Below, in pieces: positions 27,866-41,139 of a stretch of 64,000 nucleotides of DNA. The position numbers and the translations under genes are program-made. The notes beneath the pieces were generated by a model. The model saw only the letters and a list, made by a program, of their open reading frames with translations. It was not told the DNA's origin and made no database searches. The stretch's first letter is position 1. Every line of letters begins with the position of its first letter. Location of the stretch: positions 124,001-188,000 of the forward strand of contig NW_026859203.1 of assembly GCF_026571515.1 (NCBI RefSeq), in the 5' to 3' direction. Source of the stretch: Ruditapes philippinarum. Its lineage: Eukaryota.

Positions 27866-28782
27866 TCCGTAATGAGTCACAGAGTGAGCTAATGTTTACA
27901 AGTGCTACACTATAGGCGCGTCAAAGAATATGACTCTTTTTAGCTTTAAATCTTCCTTATTTTAAATATGTGCTAAATAGAATGTTTTATATTCGTGTAG
28001 ATTCAATACTAAATTTATTGAACTCATTGAATACGTGCCTCTGGCGAGCATAATATGATTTTATTCCACTCGATCTATAAATGTAGTATTAAATCTACAC
28101 TCATTTAATATCTTCTATGTAGATCTAATTGCACAACGAATAATATATACAACGCATGTATGCAGTGAGATTAACGAATCCAGGGTTACACACCTCCTCT
28201 ATTGTTTGTGATAGGTCTATATTTTTCGGATAGACCTGTTTAAACAAAAGTAAGTCCGTTATGAGGTCTATCTTTTGCACGTGCGCAGGTCTGTTCTAGT
28301 CAGAAAGACCTGGTCATGAAATGCACGTGAAAAAATAGACCTGCCTATGCGCAGACAAAGAAAACATGAAATGCAACAGAAATTAAAACCCTTTTAACTA
28401 AGCAATTATTCCAGCATCCCTATATTAAATCTGTCAATAAAAATAATGGATAGCATATCAAAGTTAGGACACATTTAACATTTATTTCATCGCGTCATTT
28501 TTTAAAGTAATAGTAATTCTGTCATTAAGTTCATAAAATAACAAAGTGGACGCTTTAAGTTCATATCTATAAAACTATATAGCAAAAAATCACAGCATTC
28601 TCATTACGATTTTAAAATATAAATGAAGTTATAAGTGATTTAGTTTAAAACATTTTATGATGAACGATCATATTTTATTCTAGAACACTTTATATTCTGC
28701 TATAAAAAATATAGTTTCGGTTCATGTATCTCACACTTGCCAACAATATACATGTACATATGTAGGTATTTCGTGGTCTGCT

Positions 28783-29168
28783 GGGTATCCACACATTGCT
28801 CTTCGGACAGTTGCCACCTCGGAAGTTTGCCCCCTTTTATGCAATGGCAGTCTCTGCCCCCTCATATCTTTGGAAGGGTGGACATTTGCCCCCCCCCCCC
28901 CCGCTGTTTTAAAAAATATTTTATTGTTGAATTGTTTGCTACCATAATTCATCGCCTATTGTCGAAATTTCGATGTGCTGAAATACACAAAAACTCTCGC
29001 GCAAATTTGTGAAAGTCAAACTAGCATCCATAAATAAATAAAACTAATTGTTTCCATTGGCATACATAAAATCTGTACATGAGATGACAAGTGACAAGTC
29101 ACAACGGCAAAAAAAAGGGGGGCATACGTCCGGGAGGCAATTGTCCGAGGGCAAATGTCCTAGAATCT
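28783..29168. mobile_element. MITE-like element with degenerate TIRs, in a copy-A-specific segment
   Basis: CATTGCTCTTCGGACAGTTGCC...TTTGCCCCCTTT is inverted relative to AAAGGGGGGCATACGTCCGGGAGGCAATTGTCCGAGGGCAAATG; absent from copy B. Confidence 0.6.
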
Positions 29169-29415
29169 GCATTGTCTGATACGAAATACTATCAACATAA
29201 TTATTCATTCTTTAACATACCTTCTATAACAGATCTATTCACTTTATAAATGACAAATTGCACATTTAGCTTTTTTTTTTTTTTAATTTTAAAGGGGAAA
29301 GCAAAGTATATATTGTATGTAAAAAGCTTACCTGTATATGCGTTGTGTTAAAAATAATATTTGTGCATTTCATCAAATGCTTCAGAACCCAATATAGTTT
29401 AAACGGTGTGTAAGT

Positions 29416-29570
29416 TGGATATCGGCCTCGTACATCGATCTTTCTGTTTAGGAAAGACCTGGTCACGAATTTCATGAAACACCTCGAGCGCTACGCGCTC
29501 TCGGTGTCACATGAAATTCGTGACCAGGTCTTTCCTAAACAGACAGACCTCGTACTCGGTCGATATCCTA
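29416..29570. repeat. ~155-bp near-perfect palindrome
   Basis: Arms TCTGTTTAGGAAAGACCTGGTCACGAATTTCATG / CATGAAATTCGTGACCAGGTCTTTCCTAAACAGA around a GAGCGCTACGCGCTC centre. Confidence 0.92.
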
Positions 29571-29766
29571 TACATATATTGACATACAGTACTAATAACT
29601 ACACAAAAATTAATCTTTGTTTGGCCTTTACATTTATACCCGCCTGTACACAAAAACTTGAAATATTGATTTGACGATTACAAATATTTACTACTACAAT
29701 TTAAGAAGCATATACATGCATTTATATGTCTTATAGTAATAACGTTGTCTGCACGACATTTAAATC

Positions 29767-32045
29767 ATGTGGAATATAACAATATGTGTTATAGGATTTT
29801 ACATGATAGTATTTTGCTATACTAGTGACATACCATCTGTAAACACGAAGTTGGGTACTATCAATGGATTAAGAAAGGCAATAGAATTTTTAGGGAACGA
29901 GTATAGCGTTGATAGTTATTTAGGCATTCCGTATGCCGAACCACCTGTCAACGAAAGACGCTTCAAAAAGCCAGAAGCACGTGGACCGTTCCAGAAACCA
30001 TTCGAGGCAAAGGACTTTGGTGCTGCTTGCTTGCAGTTTAGTTGGTTTGAAGAAATAACAGATTCGTCAGAAGATTGTTTATTTTTAAATGTATACATAC
30101 CAGGTTTGAAATCTGACCAAGAGAGTGGACATGCGGTAATGATTTTCATACATGGTGGTGGATTTACACTTGGCACAGGCAACACTTATATCGGGGAGAC
30201 GTTAGCTGCCGTAGGAAACGTTATAGTTGTTACCATCAACTATAGGCTCGGATTATTTGGCTTTCTCGACATTGACGATGAAAACGGTAAAGGAAATTAT
30301 GGACTTTGGGATCAACATCTTGCCATTAAATGGGTTCATGAAAATATAGCTTCTTTTGGGGGAGACAATACACGTGTCACACTCTTTGGCGAGTCTGCTG
30401 GTTCCACGTCTGTTGTTTTACAATCGTTATATCCAGGAAACAAAGGATTGTTCCGAGCTGCTATCGCTGAAAGTGGCGGCATAACGATGCCATTTACAGT
30501 ACCGTATAACCATATCACCCCAGCAACATACTTTGCTAAGAACATGACCTGTAACACGGAGAACAAGTTAGAAATGTTACAATGTCTACAGCAAGCGCCG
30601 GCAGATCGAGTATTTAAAGTTATTGTTGATACAATTACAGAGGACTTCAGCGGTGGGTCGGTCAAGGTCACGTTGAACCCAAGTGTTGATGGCGAGTTTA
30701 TAAAGAGACGTCCGATTGATCTATATCAAGAAGCAAGAACTGAAATGCTGGAAGAAGTAGAATTTTTCAGGTCAATTATTTTCATGAATGGAATAAACGC
30801 TGCTGAAGGTGCAGTGTTTACTATCATGCACGCAAACCCGCTAGATCTAGACAGTTTTAAAGTTACACGGGAAGAGATGAACAATGTTGTGATGCCGGCA
30901 GCTGCTGCATTAGCTTTTAGTTTTAACCGAACAGTAACAGACGCACTCAAACAATTGCTTTTATTTGAATACACAGACTGGACAAACCCTGATGACCCTA
31001 ATACAATACGAGACCAATTAATTCGCTTCTACAGTGATGTATTTTTCAATGTTCCAGCAATGGAATTAAGTCAACTTCACGTGAATGGAACGAACGCGGG
31101 AAGTTACATGTATAATTTCCGTGCACGCGTTAAAGGACACATTTATCCTACTCCAAGCTGGGCCAAGCAATCAAATCATGGGGATGAGCTTGGTCCTGTG
31201 TTCGGTTATAACTTCCGGTACAACAAGATACTTGGTATATCAACATACAAACCGACAAGGGAAGAACAGAAGCTGTCGTTGAAGATCATGACGTACTGGT
31301 CAAACTTTGCTAAAACCGGGTATTTATAATTTTCTTTTTGCACTGTAACACTTTAATGTCAGATAAAGAAGACAAGATTATAAAAAACTTGATCTCCCAG
31401 CTTGAGTTGATTTTGTCATGTTATACAAGGACTGTAGCATAGTTCAACAAAGCTGATATAAAAACATGATATTGTTTAGATATAAATATTACTTCAGAAA
31501 AATGACGTTTAACAAATATATCGACTTTAAGTAATGAATGTAATATTCATTTCTTGAAGTGCGTCAGAAAATTAACTCATAGAAAAGTAATGCAGAGATC
31601 AAAGGCCAAGACATATTTCTTGTGCTATAAACACCGTTAAACCGCTAGGGACATCTTTAGTAAATAAAATGTTCAACTTCTGTAATTTCATCCTAGCTGG
31701 TAATAAAGTGAACGATGTATAAGATTTACACACTTTATTTTTCATGAAGGTGTAATCATGTATTTAGAAGTAATGAGGTATATGATTTTATATTACAGAA
31801 ACCCAAATGAACCCATGATTGTTCCTGCTGGCAATGTATGGCCTATCTATACACCAGAATCTCAAGAATATCTGACAGTAGACTTTGAGGAAGATTCCGT
31901 CCAGAACTTCATGTATGTACGTGAGCTGGAGTTTTGGCGGAGAACATTGCCCACATTTTTCGATGCTGTTGACCAGAAATCTAGGTTCTCGTCTACTGTA
32001 TCATCTGAGACAGGATACTGCGAGAAAGACGGACCTTGTAATTGA
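29767..32045 (+). CDS. Secreted type-B carboxylesterase (carboxyl/cholinesterase family), copy A, intact, ~599 aa
   Basis: Exons 29767-31319 and 31799-32045 (1800 nt). Signal peptide, LGIPYAEPP, SEDCLFLN, HGGGF oxyanion hole, GESAG nucleophile, GINAAEG acid, SNHGDEL histidine, YWSNFAKTGNPN. Confidence 0.95.
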
Positions 32046-32332
32046 TAGAACCGAAATTTCTTTATTTCATTATTTGGAATGTATTATTTTAATTATGTGT
32101 ACTGTCTTAGCAATATGACAGTCACATACATGTTTTTGAAAATTAGTCTTTTTTCAGGGTTATTAAAGATCTGCATGTACGTTTATTCTAAATAAAATCT
32201 ATATTTAAAACACACAGATTCTAGTGCGTTAATTGAAGTTTGCTTCAAATATTTATAAGCTATTCGCATTACAATAATCTTACTATATTAAAATCTCCGG
32301 AGTCTTGTTGTTTATTGAAAAAGAACGGTAAC

Positions 32333-33912
32333 TTTTTTATGCCCCCGGGCATATAGTAATTGAACCGTCCGTCCGTCTGTCCGTCCGGTCCGTTTGTCTG
32401 TCCGTCTGTCCGTACGAGGTTAACCTAGAACGGTAAGTTGGATTTTTCATAAGTTCTACCTGTACCAATGGCTTCTAAGTTTAAAAACTTACTTATCAAC
32501 ACAAAGTATATGATCTGGGCAAGTTACATAACTCTGGCTTTCATATTTACCAAGTTATTGCCCTTTTCAGCACTTAGAAAATGAATAATGGTTAACCTAA
32601 AACGGCAAGTTGGAAATATCTTAAGTTCTATCTATACTAATGGCTTTATAATTTCCACACTTACTTATCAATACAAAGTGCATGATATTGCCAAGTTATA
32701 TAACTGTGTCATCCATATTTCCCAGTTATTTATCTTTTTTCACTTTGAAAATAGGGCCTTGTCTGGTTAACCTATTTCGGCAAGTTGGATTTATCTTAAA
32801 ATTTCTCCTAACTGTTAATTTCTTTAATGATATCTTTCATATTTAGTAGGTGGATACCTTTGATGGTCCTCTAATTTTTTGTGGAGTAAGCGGTCTCTAG
32901 GTCGCTGGTTTAAAAAATAAATATAAACATTCTTGCTCATACAGCCTTTATTTTTTTGTTGATGTCTAAGTTTAATACAAACATGCCAAGGGAGGTCCTC
33001 CTTTTTTGGGTGTAGTTAGGGGTCATTTGGGTCAAGGTCAATGGTACCAATGTCAAGGTCACCAATGTTAAAAATAGATTTTTACAGGTGTATTGACCTT
33101 ATTCTATAGACAGATGTTATTTATAATTGATAGAAACATAAACTTTGATGGAGGTAGTGGTCAGTTGGGTCAAGGTCACCAGTGCTAAAAATAGATTTTT
33201 ACACTTTTGCTCATACAGCCTTTATTAAGTGACAGATATATTTTATATTTGGTAGGAAGATAACTTGCATGGTATTCATCCTTTTGTTTGGGGTAGGGAT
33301 CAGTGGGTCAAGGTCACTTGTGCTAAAAATAGATTTTTACACTTTTGCCCATACAGCTTTTATTTATTGACAGATGTATTTTATATTTGGTAGGAAGATA
33401 ACTTGCATGGTATTCTTCCTTTGGATGGAGTAAGGGGTCAGTTGGGTCAAGGTCACCAGTGCTAAAAATAGATTTTTACACTTTTGCCCATACAGCCTTT
33501 ATTTATTGACAGATGTATTTATATTTGGTAGGAAGATAACTTACATGGTATTCTTCTTTTGGATAGAGTTAGGGGTCAGTTTGGTCAAGGTCACATGTGC
33601 TTAAAATAGATGTTTACACTTTTGCCCTTACAGCCTTTATTTATTGACAGATGTATTTCATATTTGGTAGGAAGATAACTTGCATGAAGTTGAATATTTT
33701 TCAACTTCACAAGTCAGAGCAATGACTTGGCAACTTATATTTTTCACAATTACAAAATGCCATGACTTTGTCAAGCTATATAACTTATGTTTACAATATT
33801 TTGGCAATTTTTCTGTCCATAACTGAGTGAATGGGTAAACATTTTTTGAAATATTGCTACTGACATGAATCTGAGCCGGGGGCATTTGTGTTTAACAAAC
33901 ACGTTCTTGTTT
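32333..33912 (+). mobile_element. HINE (Helentron-associated) non-autonomous element with internal ~138-bp tandem array
   Basis: Starts TTTTATGCCCCCGG, then (GTCC)n microsatellite, ~5 tandem units containing GGGTCAAGGTCAC (33020-33690), subterminal inverse CCGGGGGCAT, 3' hairpin GTGTTTAACAAACAC, T-rich ends; absent from copy B. Confidence 0.85.
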
Positions 33913-34320
33913 CTAAGATTATCTCAACCACCGTTGAGCTTAAATTAGCACATGTCTTCTTTAGTATGCTAACATGTATTATATAATCGTAGTTGTTGCG
34001 TTACAAGTGTCTATCTGTGTAAACTAGTGACTTTATCACAGTATTCAACACTAGATAGCATTCACCAAATATCACAAAGAGCAAGTTGATTTATTACATT
34101 CAACACGAAAACACAAACAATTGAAGGACGAAACATCTGGAAAGGTTAAATATGTCTCTCAGAAGCTTTATTGATTCTTATTTTTCAAACATTAGGAAAG
34201 CCAGACATTTTCTTTTAGGTACAGAATACAGATCTGCAATTTCAAATATACGACAAGAACAAAAACTTGTCAACAATTTATTTAAGTACTTAAAGCTCTC
34301 TTGATATACTCATTCGTTAA

Positions 34321-34832
34321 TCAAGCGTCTGGTGTGTCAAGATCAACGGATTCATGTGGTGTTTTGCAGCGGTAAACAGCAGCAATTAAGAACAGCATAG
34401 AAATGACGCCAAAATATCCTCCATATACTGTAAACTGAAATATAAAGTATACACGATATATGACCATGCTTGTGCTCTAAATAACCAACTTTTTATAATA
34501 TGAAATTAGGTGCTCCCTATGGCGCGGAAAGCTCTTATGATTTATGATTTAAACATAAAATGTTTAGTGTACATGATAACCAGATCTATCATGCAATTCG
34601 TTAATAAGTAAATGCATGTATTTTGTAACGAATAAATTTGTGGTGTTCAACCTATCATCGGAAGAGGGACCACTGACATGCGTCGGCGTTTGGAAAATCA
34701 TGGGTATATTTCATTTGACACTTGCTCTATTGTAAGATTTTTCCATTCACCTGTGAGAAACGCCTCTGACGGTCGCATCTCTTTTACAAATCCAAAACTA
34801 CATAATAACGCCGTTAACAGCTTCCAGTTCAT
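34321..34832 (-). pseudogene. SLC19-family transporter remnant, copy A
   Basis: Only the first ~135 nt of exon 1 (34699-34832, with a further 12-nt deletion) and the last exon (34321-34434) remain; the rest of exon 1 and exons 2-3 present in copy B are missing. Confidence 0.92.
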
Positions 34833-35343
34833 TGTTTTGTTCTAATACATTAGAATCTAAAATAATTGTAATATACACAACTCGCCTATCTAAACATTAA
34901 CCTTTCCTCAGTGCACATTGCTTGAAGTTTAAGCTTTTAACAATACCAAACGAGCGACTTTCACCAATAAAACTTTTTATTTTATTTATTTTATTTAGAT
35001 AAGAAACAGTAGCAATCGTTTATCTGATGAACCTGTGCGTAGCCTTTTAAATCAAAGCACTGACAGTACTGTGAATCAGCGAAGAAATATAGATACGAAA
35101 TAATTAGATGGTGGGAAAGGTTTGCAAGAAAAATCTTTTTCAAAGAAAGGCGAATTTGTATGGGAGAAAAGGTAAAACAAAGAACGAATATTATGTTCAT
35201 GAATATTTTGGTCATTATGCATACATGTATATGCGTTCCAGAAAAGTTTGTCCCATTATAGATATGGACCTCTACGAAATTGCATTGCGCATGTCTATTA
35301 GCTCAAGGTTTAGAGATATATGCGCATCTTCCTGCTATATACC

Positions 35344-35516
35344 TGTCGGGAATTGCGCTCATATGCATGTGCCGTTAAATGACGCCAACGTATGCGTGAC
35401 GTTAGAGTACGTCACTTCCTATGTTTTGTAGTATAGCGTTAGTAGTTTTGAATAGACGTATAAACCAGACACAACGTGTTGTACATTATTATCGTAGTAT
35501 AATACCCTATCCGACA
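35344..35516 (+). repeat. 5' LTR of Bel/Pao element
   Basis: TG...CA ends; identical to 40967-41139. Confidence 0.97.
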
Positions 35517-35517
35517 T

Positions 35518-35530
35518 TGGTGCCGTGACT
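35518..35530 (+). promoter_or_regulatory. Primer-binding site complementary to tRNA-His 3' end
   Basis: TGGTGCCGTGACT one base after the LTR is the complement of the eukaryotic tRNA-His end ...AGUCACGGCACCA. Confidence 0.85.
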
Positions 35531-35535
35531 AAAAC

Positions 35536-38500
35536 ATGAAGATAGATAAATTGCGATCAGTCAGAGAGGGACAGCGAAGATGTATCGAAATAAAGCTTGA
35601 ACGGATTGAACGAGCGAAAGATAACTCATCAATGATAGAATTTAACGCAATTCTTGAAGCCATAATCAGTGGAGCAGAGACAATTAATTCCTTAAACGAA
35701 AAGATTATAGAACTGACGGAAGTAACGGATATCGAGGAGGAAATAATAAGCAGTGAAGAATATGGATTGACGCTGGAAATAAAGGTGAGAGAACTTCAAG
35801 CCTATAGCAAAGCAACTAACCCGCAAATCCAGATGGAGGACAGAAGTGGTTCTTCAATCGAAAATAATAACGTGAATAATGGTAACAGTTCTTTGCAAAA
35901 TGTGAGTACATTTCATTCAAATACGTCGCTTTATCAGAGACTGCCGAATTTATCGCTACCTGTATTTAGTGGTGACATTCTCGAATGGCAAAGTTTTTGG
36001 GATGCTTTTGATTCCTCTGTTCATCAAAACCCGAATCTTACAGAAGTACAAAAATTTAATTATTTGAAGACGCAACTAGAAGGCAGTGCGGCTCAAGTTA
36101 TTCAAGGATTTGCACTTACGCATGCAAATTACATTCAAGCAGTCGATTTACTGAAGGAGAGGTTCGGACAGAGTCATAAAATCATTCATGCGTATATACA
36201 GGCGTTACTAAACCTGCCAGCCCCAAGCAATACTCTACACAGTATGAGAAACTATTACGACAAATTAGAAGCTTATATTCGCGGATTGGAATCGCTAGGT
36301 CAGTGTCAAAATACGTACGGAACTCTTTTAGTACCAGTCATTATAGACAAACTTCCGGCAGAAATTCGCAAGAGTTTAGCACGAGAAAATGGCAGCGATA
36401 AGTGGTCATTAGAAAGTTTACGAAAAGCGTTATATCGTGAACTGAATATCATGGAGGCCGGACAGACTACAGATGATTTAGCTGGTTATAGAACTACAGC
36501 GTCGTTTTTCACGGGCGCTAGACGGAAACCGGAAGCCGGAAGTCACGTGATACACAGACGGATGCACAAAACGCTTATTGATCAGAGAAAGTGTATTTAC
36601 TGCAATCACCATGCTAACGATTGCACAAAGTTAATTGATGTGAGGGTTAAAAAGGACATAATAAGAAAGAAGCATTTATGTTTTAATTGTTTGAAAAATC
36701 ACCAAGTAATTAACTGCCGATCACACTTCAGATGCTTGAAATGTAAAAGAAAACACCATACTAGTATATGTGAAAATTGTCCAGATTCAAGGCCGAAAAT
36801 AAATACTTGCCCGACAAACCTACCTTCAACCGGAAGTGATACCTCCACTCAAATACAGGCAACAGTTTTACACTCAAGATCCGAAACCCGACCAGACGTT
36901 TTATTAAAAACAGCTGTCGCTCAAGTATGTTCTGAGACACAGTTCGCGCAGGCAAACATTCTTTTTGATGAAGGGGCACAGCGATCCTTTATTTCTGAAA
37001 AACTAGCCAAAAGATTAAAGGTTCAGCCACGTGGAAGCAGTGCCATTAGTTTGGCAGCATTTGGAGATTCATCGCAGAAACTACGACATTTAGACACTAC
37101 GACCATATATCTACTGACCGATGCAGGTGACAATTTACCCCTGGAAGTTATGATCGTCCCCACAATCGCCGTCCCACTACGTCACATTCCCCAGTCCGTG
37201 ACGTCGTTACCCCACCTAAGAAAATTAAAATTAGCACATCCAGTCATAAATGAAGACAGTTTTGAAATATCGTTATTGATCGGAGCTGACCAGTACTGGA
37301 ATATCGTAGGAAACGAGACGATTCGAGGAGATGGTCCTACAGCAGTTAGTTCTAGTATTGGATACTTACTGTCTGGTCCGGTTCAAGCGCATGGACCAAG
37401 GAATCAGAGTTATTTAGTTATGAATGTAATGAGTACAGATATTGACAGATTTTGGAAACTTGAGTCCCTAGGAATAAACCCCGCAGAAGACGATTATACT
37501 GACACATTAGAGATATACAAACAAAACTGTGTAAAGTTTACAGACGGTAAATATGAAGCCAAACTCCCATGGAAAGAGGATCACGACACTCTCCCGACAA
37601 ATTACGACGTGACAAAAAGAAGAACAGAATCTTTGATTAAACGCCTCCGCCGAGACCCAAGTATCTTACAGAAATACGCAGAGATAATACAAGAACAAGA
37701 ACAACGAGGTTTCATAGAAAAGGTTGACGAGAACGAGGAAATATCGACCCAAGTGCATTATATACCCCATCATGCAGTCAAGAAAGATTCAACTACGACT
37801 CCAATTCGATTGTGTATGACTGCAGTTGCCGTGAATCAGCTAATAAACCTAGTTTGAACGACTGCCTTGATTCTACCCCACCCATAATGAATGACTTATC
37901 ACACATAATGGTTCGGTTTAGACTTGAGAAATATGCAATCTCAACTGACATAGAAAAGGCTTTTCTCAATGTACGATTACATAAAGATGACAGAGACGTA
38001 ACCAGATTCCTTTGGTTGAGCAACCCGGATAATGCTGACAGCCCGCTAACAACATATAGATTTAAATCAGTCCTATTTGGTGCCACATGCTCACCGTTTA
38101 TACTCAGCGCTACATTACTCAAACATCTAGACATGAACGCTACCAGCTGGGTCAGTAAAATCTTGAAGCGAGACCTATACGTAGACAACATATTATCAAG
38201 TTTTCGCACAGAAGAGGAAGTTTTAAGGTATTTCCGAGATACAAGAGACCTAATGTTACAAGGAGGCTTTAACTTGAGGTCATGGGCATCTAATAATCGC
38301 CGGCTGCAAGCAACCGCTACAGAAGAAGGTGTTCTTGACAACAATAAGGTAACGAAAGTGTTAGGCATGTTATGGTATACAGAAACAGACGAGATATCAT
38401 ACCCAGATAGAGACATTCCTATTTTTGATAATGTGACTAAACGAGCTATTTTACAGTACACATCGAGAGTATATGACCCACTTGGCTTACTTAGTCCGAT

Positions 38501-40742
38501 ATTGATACGTGCAAAAATTTTGCTACAAGAATTGTGGAAAGAGAAGTTGCCATGGGATACAATTTTACCTGATAATATCCAGCAAAAATGGCGCCAACTT
38601 GCACGTGATATCAACACTGTACAAAATACAAGATTCTCCAGACATATATTTTGTTCATCGGTAGCAGACGACAAATGCTTAACAACAGAAGACACAGTAC
38701 TACATGTTTTTGTTGATTCCAGTATCCAAGCTTATGGTGCAGTAGCATACTTGTGCAGAAAACATGAATCAAAACTCATTTTTGCAAAATCACGCGTTGC
38801 ACCGTTGAAGAAACTCAGTTTACCCAAGTTGGAGCTTATGGCTGCAGTAATAGGCGCTCGTATAGCAAATCATCTACAACAAGCTATGGAAGTACAGGAA
38901 ATTATATTTTGGTCAGACAGCCAAATCGTACTACATTGGTTGAACACAACAAAAACCATGAAGAGATTCATACAGAATAGAGTAAATGAAATCCGAGAAC
39001 TAACATTGAACCGGAAGTGGAAATACTGTCCTACCCAACAAAATCCAGCTGATCTTATTACGCGAGGCATAACAGCAATCCAGTACAAAGACAACAAATT
39101 ATGGATGAATGGTCCAAACTGGTTAAACTCTCCGAACCAGTGGCCACTTTGGGAAAAGTTAGAGGCTATTACCATGACGACCGTATCTAATGAGACCATA
39201 GAAACCGAAGAACCACCTTTGGATAATAACGATATATCCAACACACCTGAAGATGGCTTACACAATGTCATAAATATTTATAGATACAGCAGTTATAAAA
39301 AGGTAGTTAGAATTACAGCATTTGTAATGAGATTTATACACAATTGTATGATACAACGTGAATCAAGAACAACGGGCCCAATCACCGTACAAGAACTATT
39401 TAAAGCTAAAATGAAGCTGATTCAACATTGCCAGTATAATACTTACAAAGAAGTGATAAACAATTTGAAATCTGGTAAATCACGACTTCCATTGGTACGA
39501 CAGTTACGACTTTACCTAGACCAAGATGGTTATATCAGATGTGGTGGTAGAATACACAATGCACCTATAGATGAAAATACAAAATTCCCTATTTTACTGC
39601 CAGCCAAACATCCTCTGACACGACTAATCATACTTGATGCACATGAAAAACAACTTCATTCCGGAATTAGTGCTACTATATGCCACATACGACAGACATT
39701 TTGGATTCCTGTGATACGACAATGTGTAAAATCACAACTCAGAAAATGTACGACTTGTCGTAAAGTAAATTCTAAACCCTACATTGTACCAGATCCACCA
39801 CCGTTACCAGCATTCAGAGTTGAAAGCTCACCACCATTCACAGTTACAGGTTTAGATTTCAGTGGAGCACTTTATGTCCGAGAAGAAACCGGTAGGGAGT
39901 CAAAGGCTTATGTATGCTTGTTTACATGCGCATCCACCCGAGCTGTACACATAGAACTCGTGCATGACCTTTCAGAAGACACATTTATGCAAGCATTTCG
40001 GCGATTTGTTAGCAGACGGTCACTGCCTAGACTCATAATATCTGACAACGCAACGACATTCCAAGCAGCATCGAACACTTTAAAGTCCTTGTTAGAATCA
40101 CAAACATTGAAGGAACAGCTTGGCTTTAAAGGAACTGAGTGGCGATTTATACCAAAACGGGCCCCGTGGTTTGGTGGATGGTGGGAGAGAATGATTGGAC
40201 TTGTTAAGACAGCTTTAAAGAAAGTACTTGGTCGATCATTCGTTACGTTCGTAGTTCTGCAGACGATACTTACCGAGATTGAAGCCATTCTCAACGACCG
40301 ACCACTTACTTACGTAACGTCAGATACGTTAGATCCAGAACCGCTTACTCCTTCACACTTACTCCATGGTCGGAGGTTAACAGAATTACCTGACAACATC
40401 GACACACAGAAGGTAATATGTACCAGTAGTTCCATAACAAAACGATTTCGAGTTCAGCGTGTGTTAGTTAACAAATTTTGGAAAAAATGGAAATTTGATT
40501 ATCTGACTTCATTACGTGAACGACATACAAAGAGTGGTCATAACGAGCAGACGATACGCGTTGGTGACGTAGTACAGGTGCACGAGGAATGTCCTAGAAT
40601 ACGTTGGAAACTTGCCGTGGTAGACGAATTGATGCCCGGTCGCGATGGATTGATCAGAGCAGCAAAGATTCGTACCGGAAGTGATCATACAACAAGACCC
40701 ATTGCTAAACTTTATCCGTTAGAGATAAATGAGAAAGAGTAA
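35536..40742 (+). CDS. Bel/Pao gag-pol polyprotein, split by one 1-nt deletion near 37810
   Basis: DUF1759-like gag (LPVFSGDILEWQSFWDAF), three Cys/His knuckles, protease LFDEGAQRSF, RT (YIPHH, DIEKAF, LFGATCSP, YVDN), RNase H/Pao A17 (HVFVDSS..AYG, LPKLEL, WSDSQ, NPADL), integrase H2C2 and DDE (LDFSG, SDNA, WWERM). Confidence 0.95.
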
Positions 40743-40966
40743 ATCGATAAACATTATAGGCAGTCAAATTGATAAAATTTCATTAATATCGCGAACATAG
40801 ACTATAAACTTTTATGAGATATATTGATTATGAGTGAGAGAGACATTTGCGTTATTTTAAAACAATGACTTTTATTTAAATGTATTTTAGAAAAGAGTTA
40901 TTTATAAGATTTGATGAAATTAACTGATATTAATTTTAAAAATTTATCATTTTGCGGCCCCCAGAA

Positions 40967-41139
40967 TGTCGGGAATTGCGCTCATATGCATGTGCCGTTA
41001 AATGACGCCAACGTATGCGTGACGTTAGAGTACGTCACTTCCTATGTTTTGTAGTATAGCGTTAGTAGTTTTGAATAGACGTATAAACCAGACACAACGT
41101 GTTGTACATTATTATCGTAGTATAATACCCTATCCGACA
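40967..41139 (+). repeat. 3' LTR of Bel/Pao element
   Basis: Identical to the 5' LTR; followed by TSD ATACC. Confidence 0.97.

Larger units (their letters stand above)
35344..41139 (+). mobile_element. Full-length Bel/Pao LTR retrotransposon (5796 bp)
   Basis: Identical 173-bp LTRs (35344-35516, 40967-41139; TGTCGG...CCGACA), 5-bp TSD ATACC, PBS TGGTGCCGTGACT at 35518-35530; empty site in copy B at 55600-55604. Confidence 0.97.

Noticed and set aside
29767-32045. Acetylcholinesterase or neuroligin assignment
   Set aside because: The Cys loop (CLQFSWFEEITDSSEDC) is much shorter than the AChE omega loop; the catalytic Ser is present and there is no transmembrane tail as in neuroligin.
37793-40294. 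Antisense ORFs (300, 133, 128 aa) in the retrotransposon, and antisense ORFs in the esterase and EAAT exons
   Set aside because: Shadows of the coding strand with no recognisable motifs.
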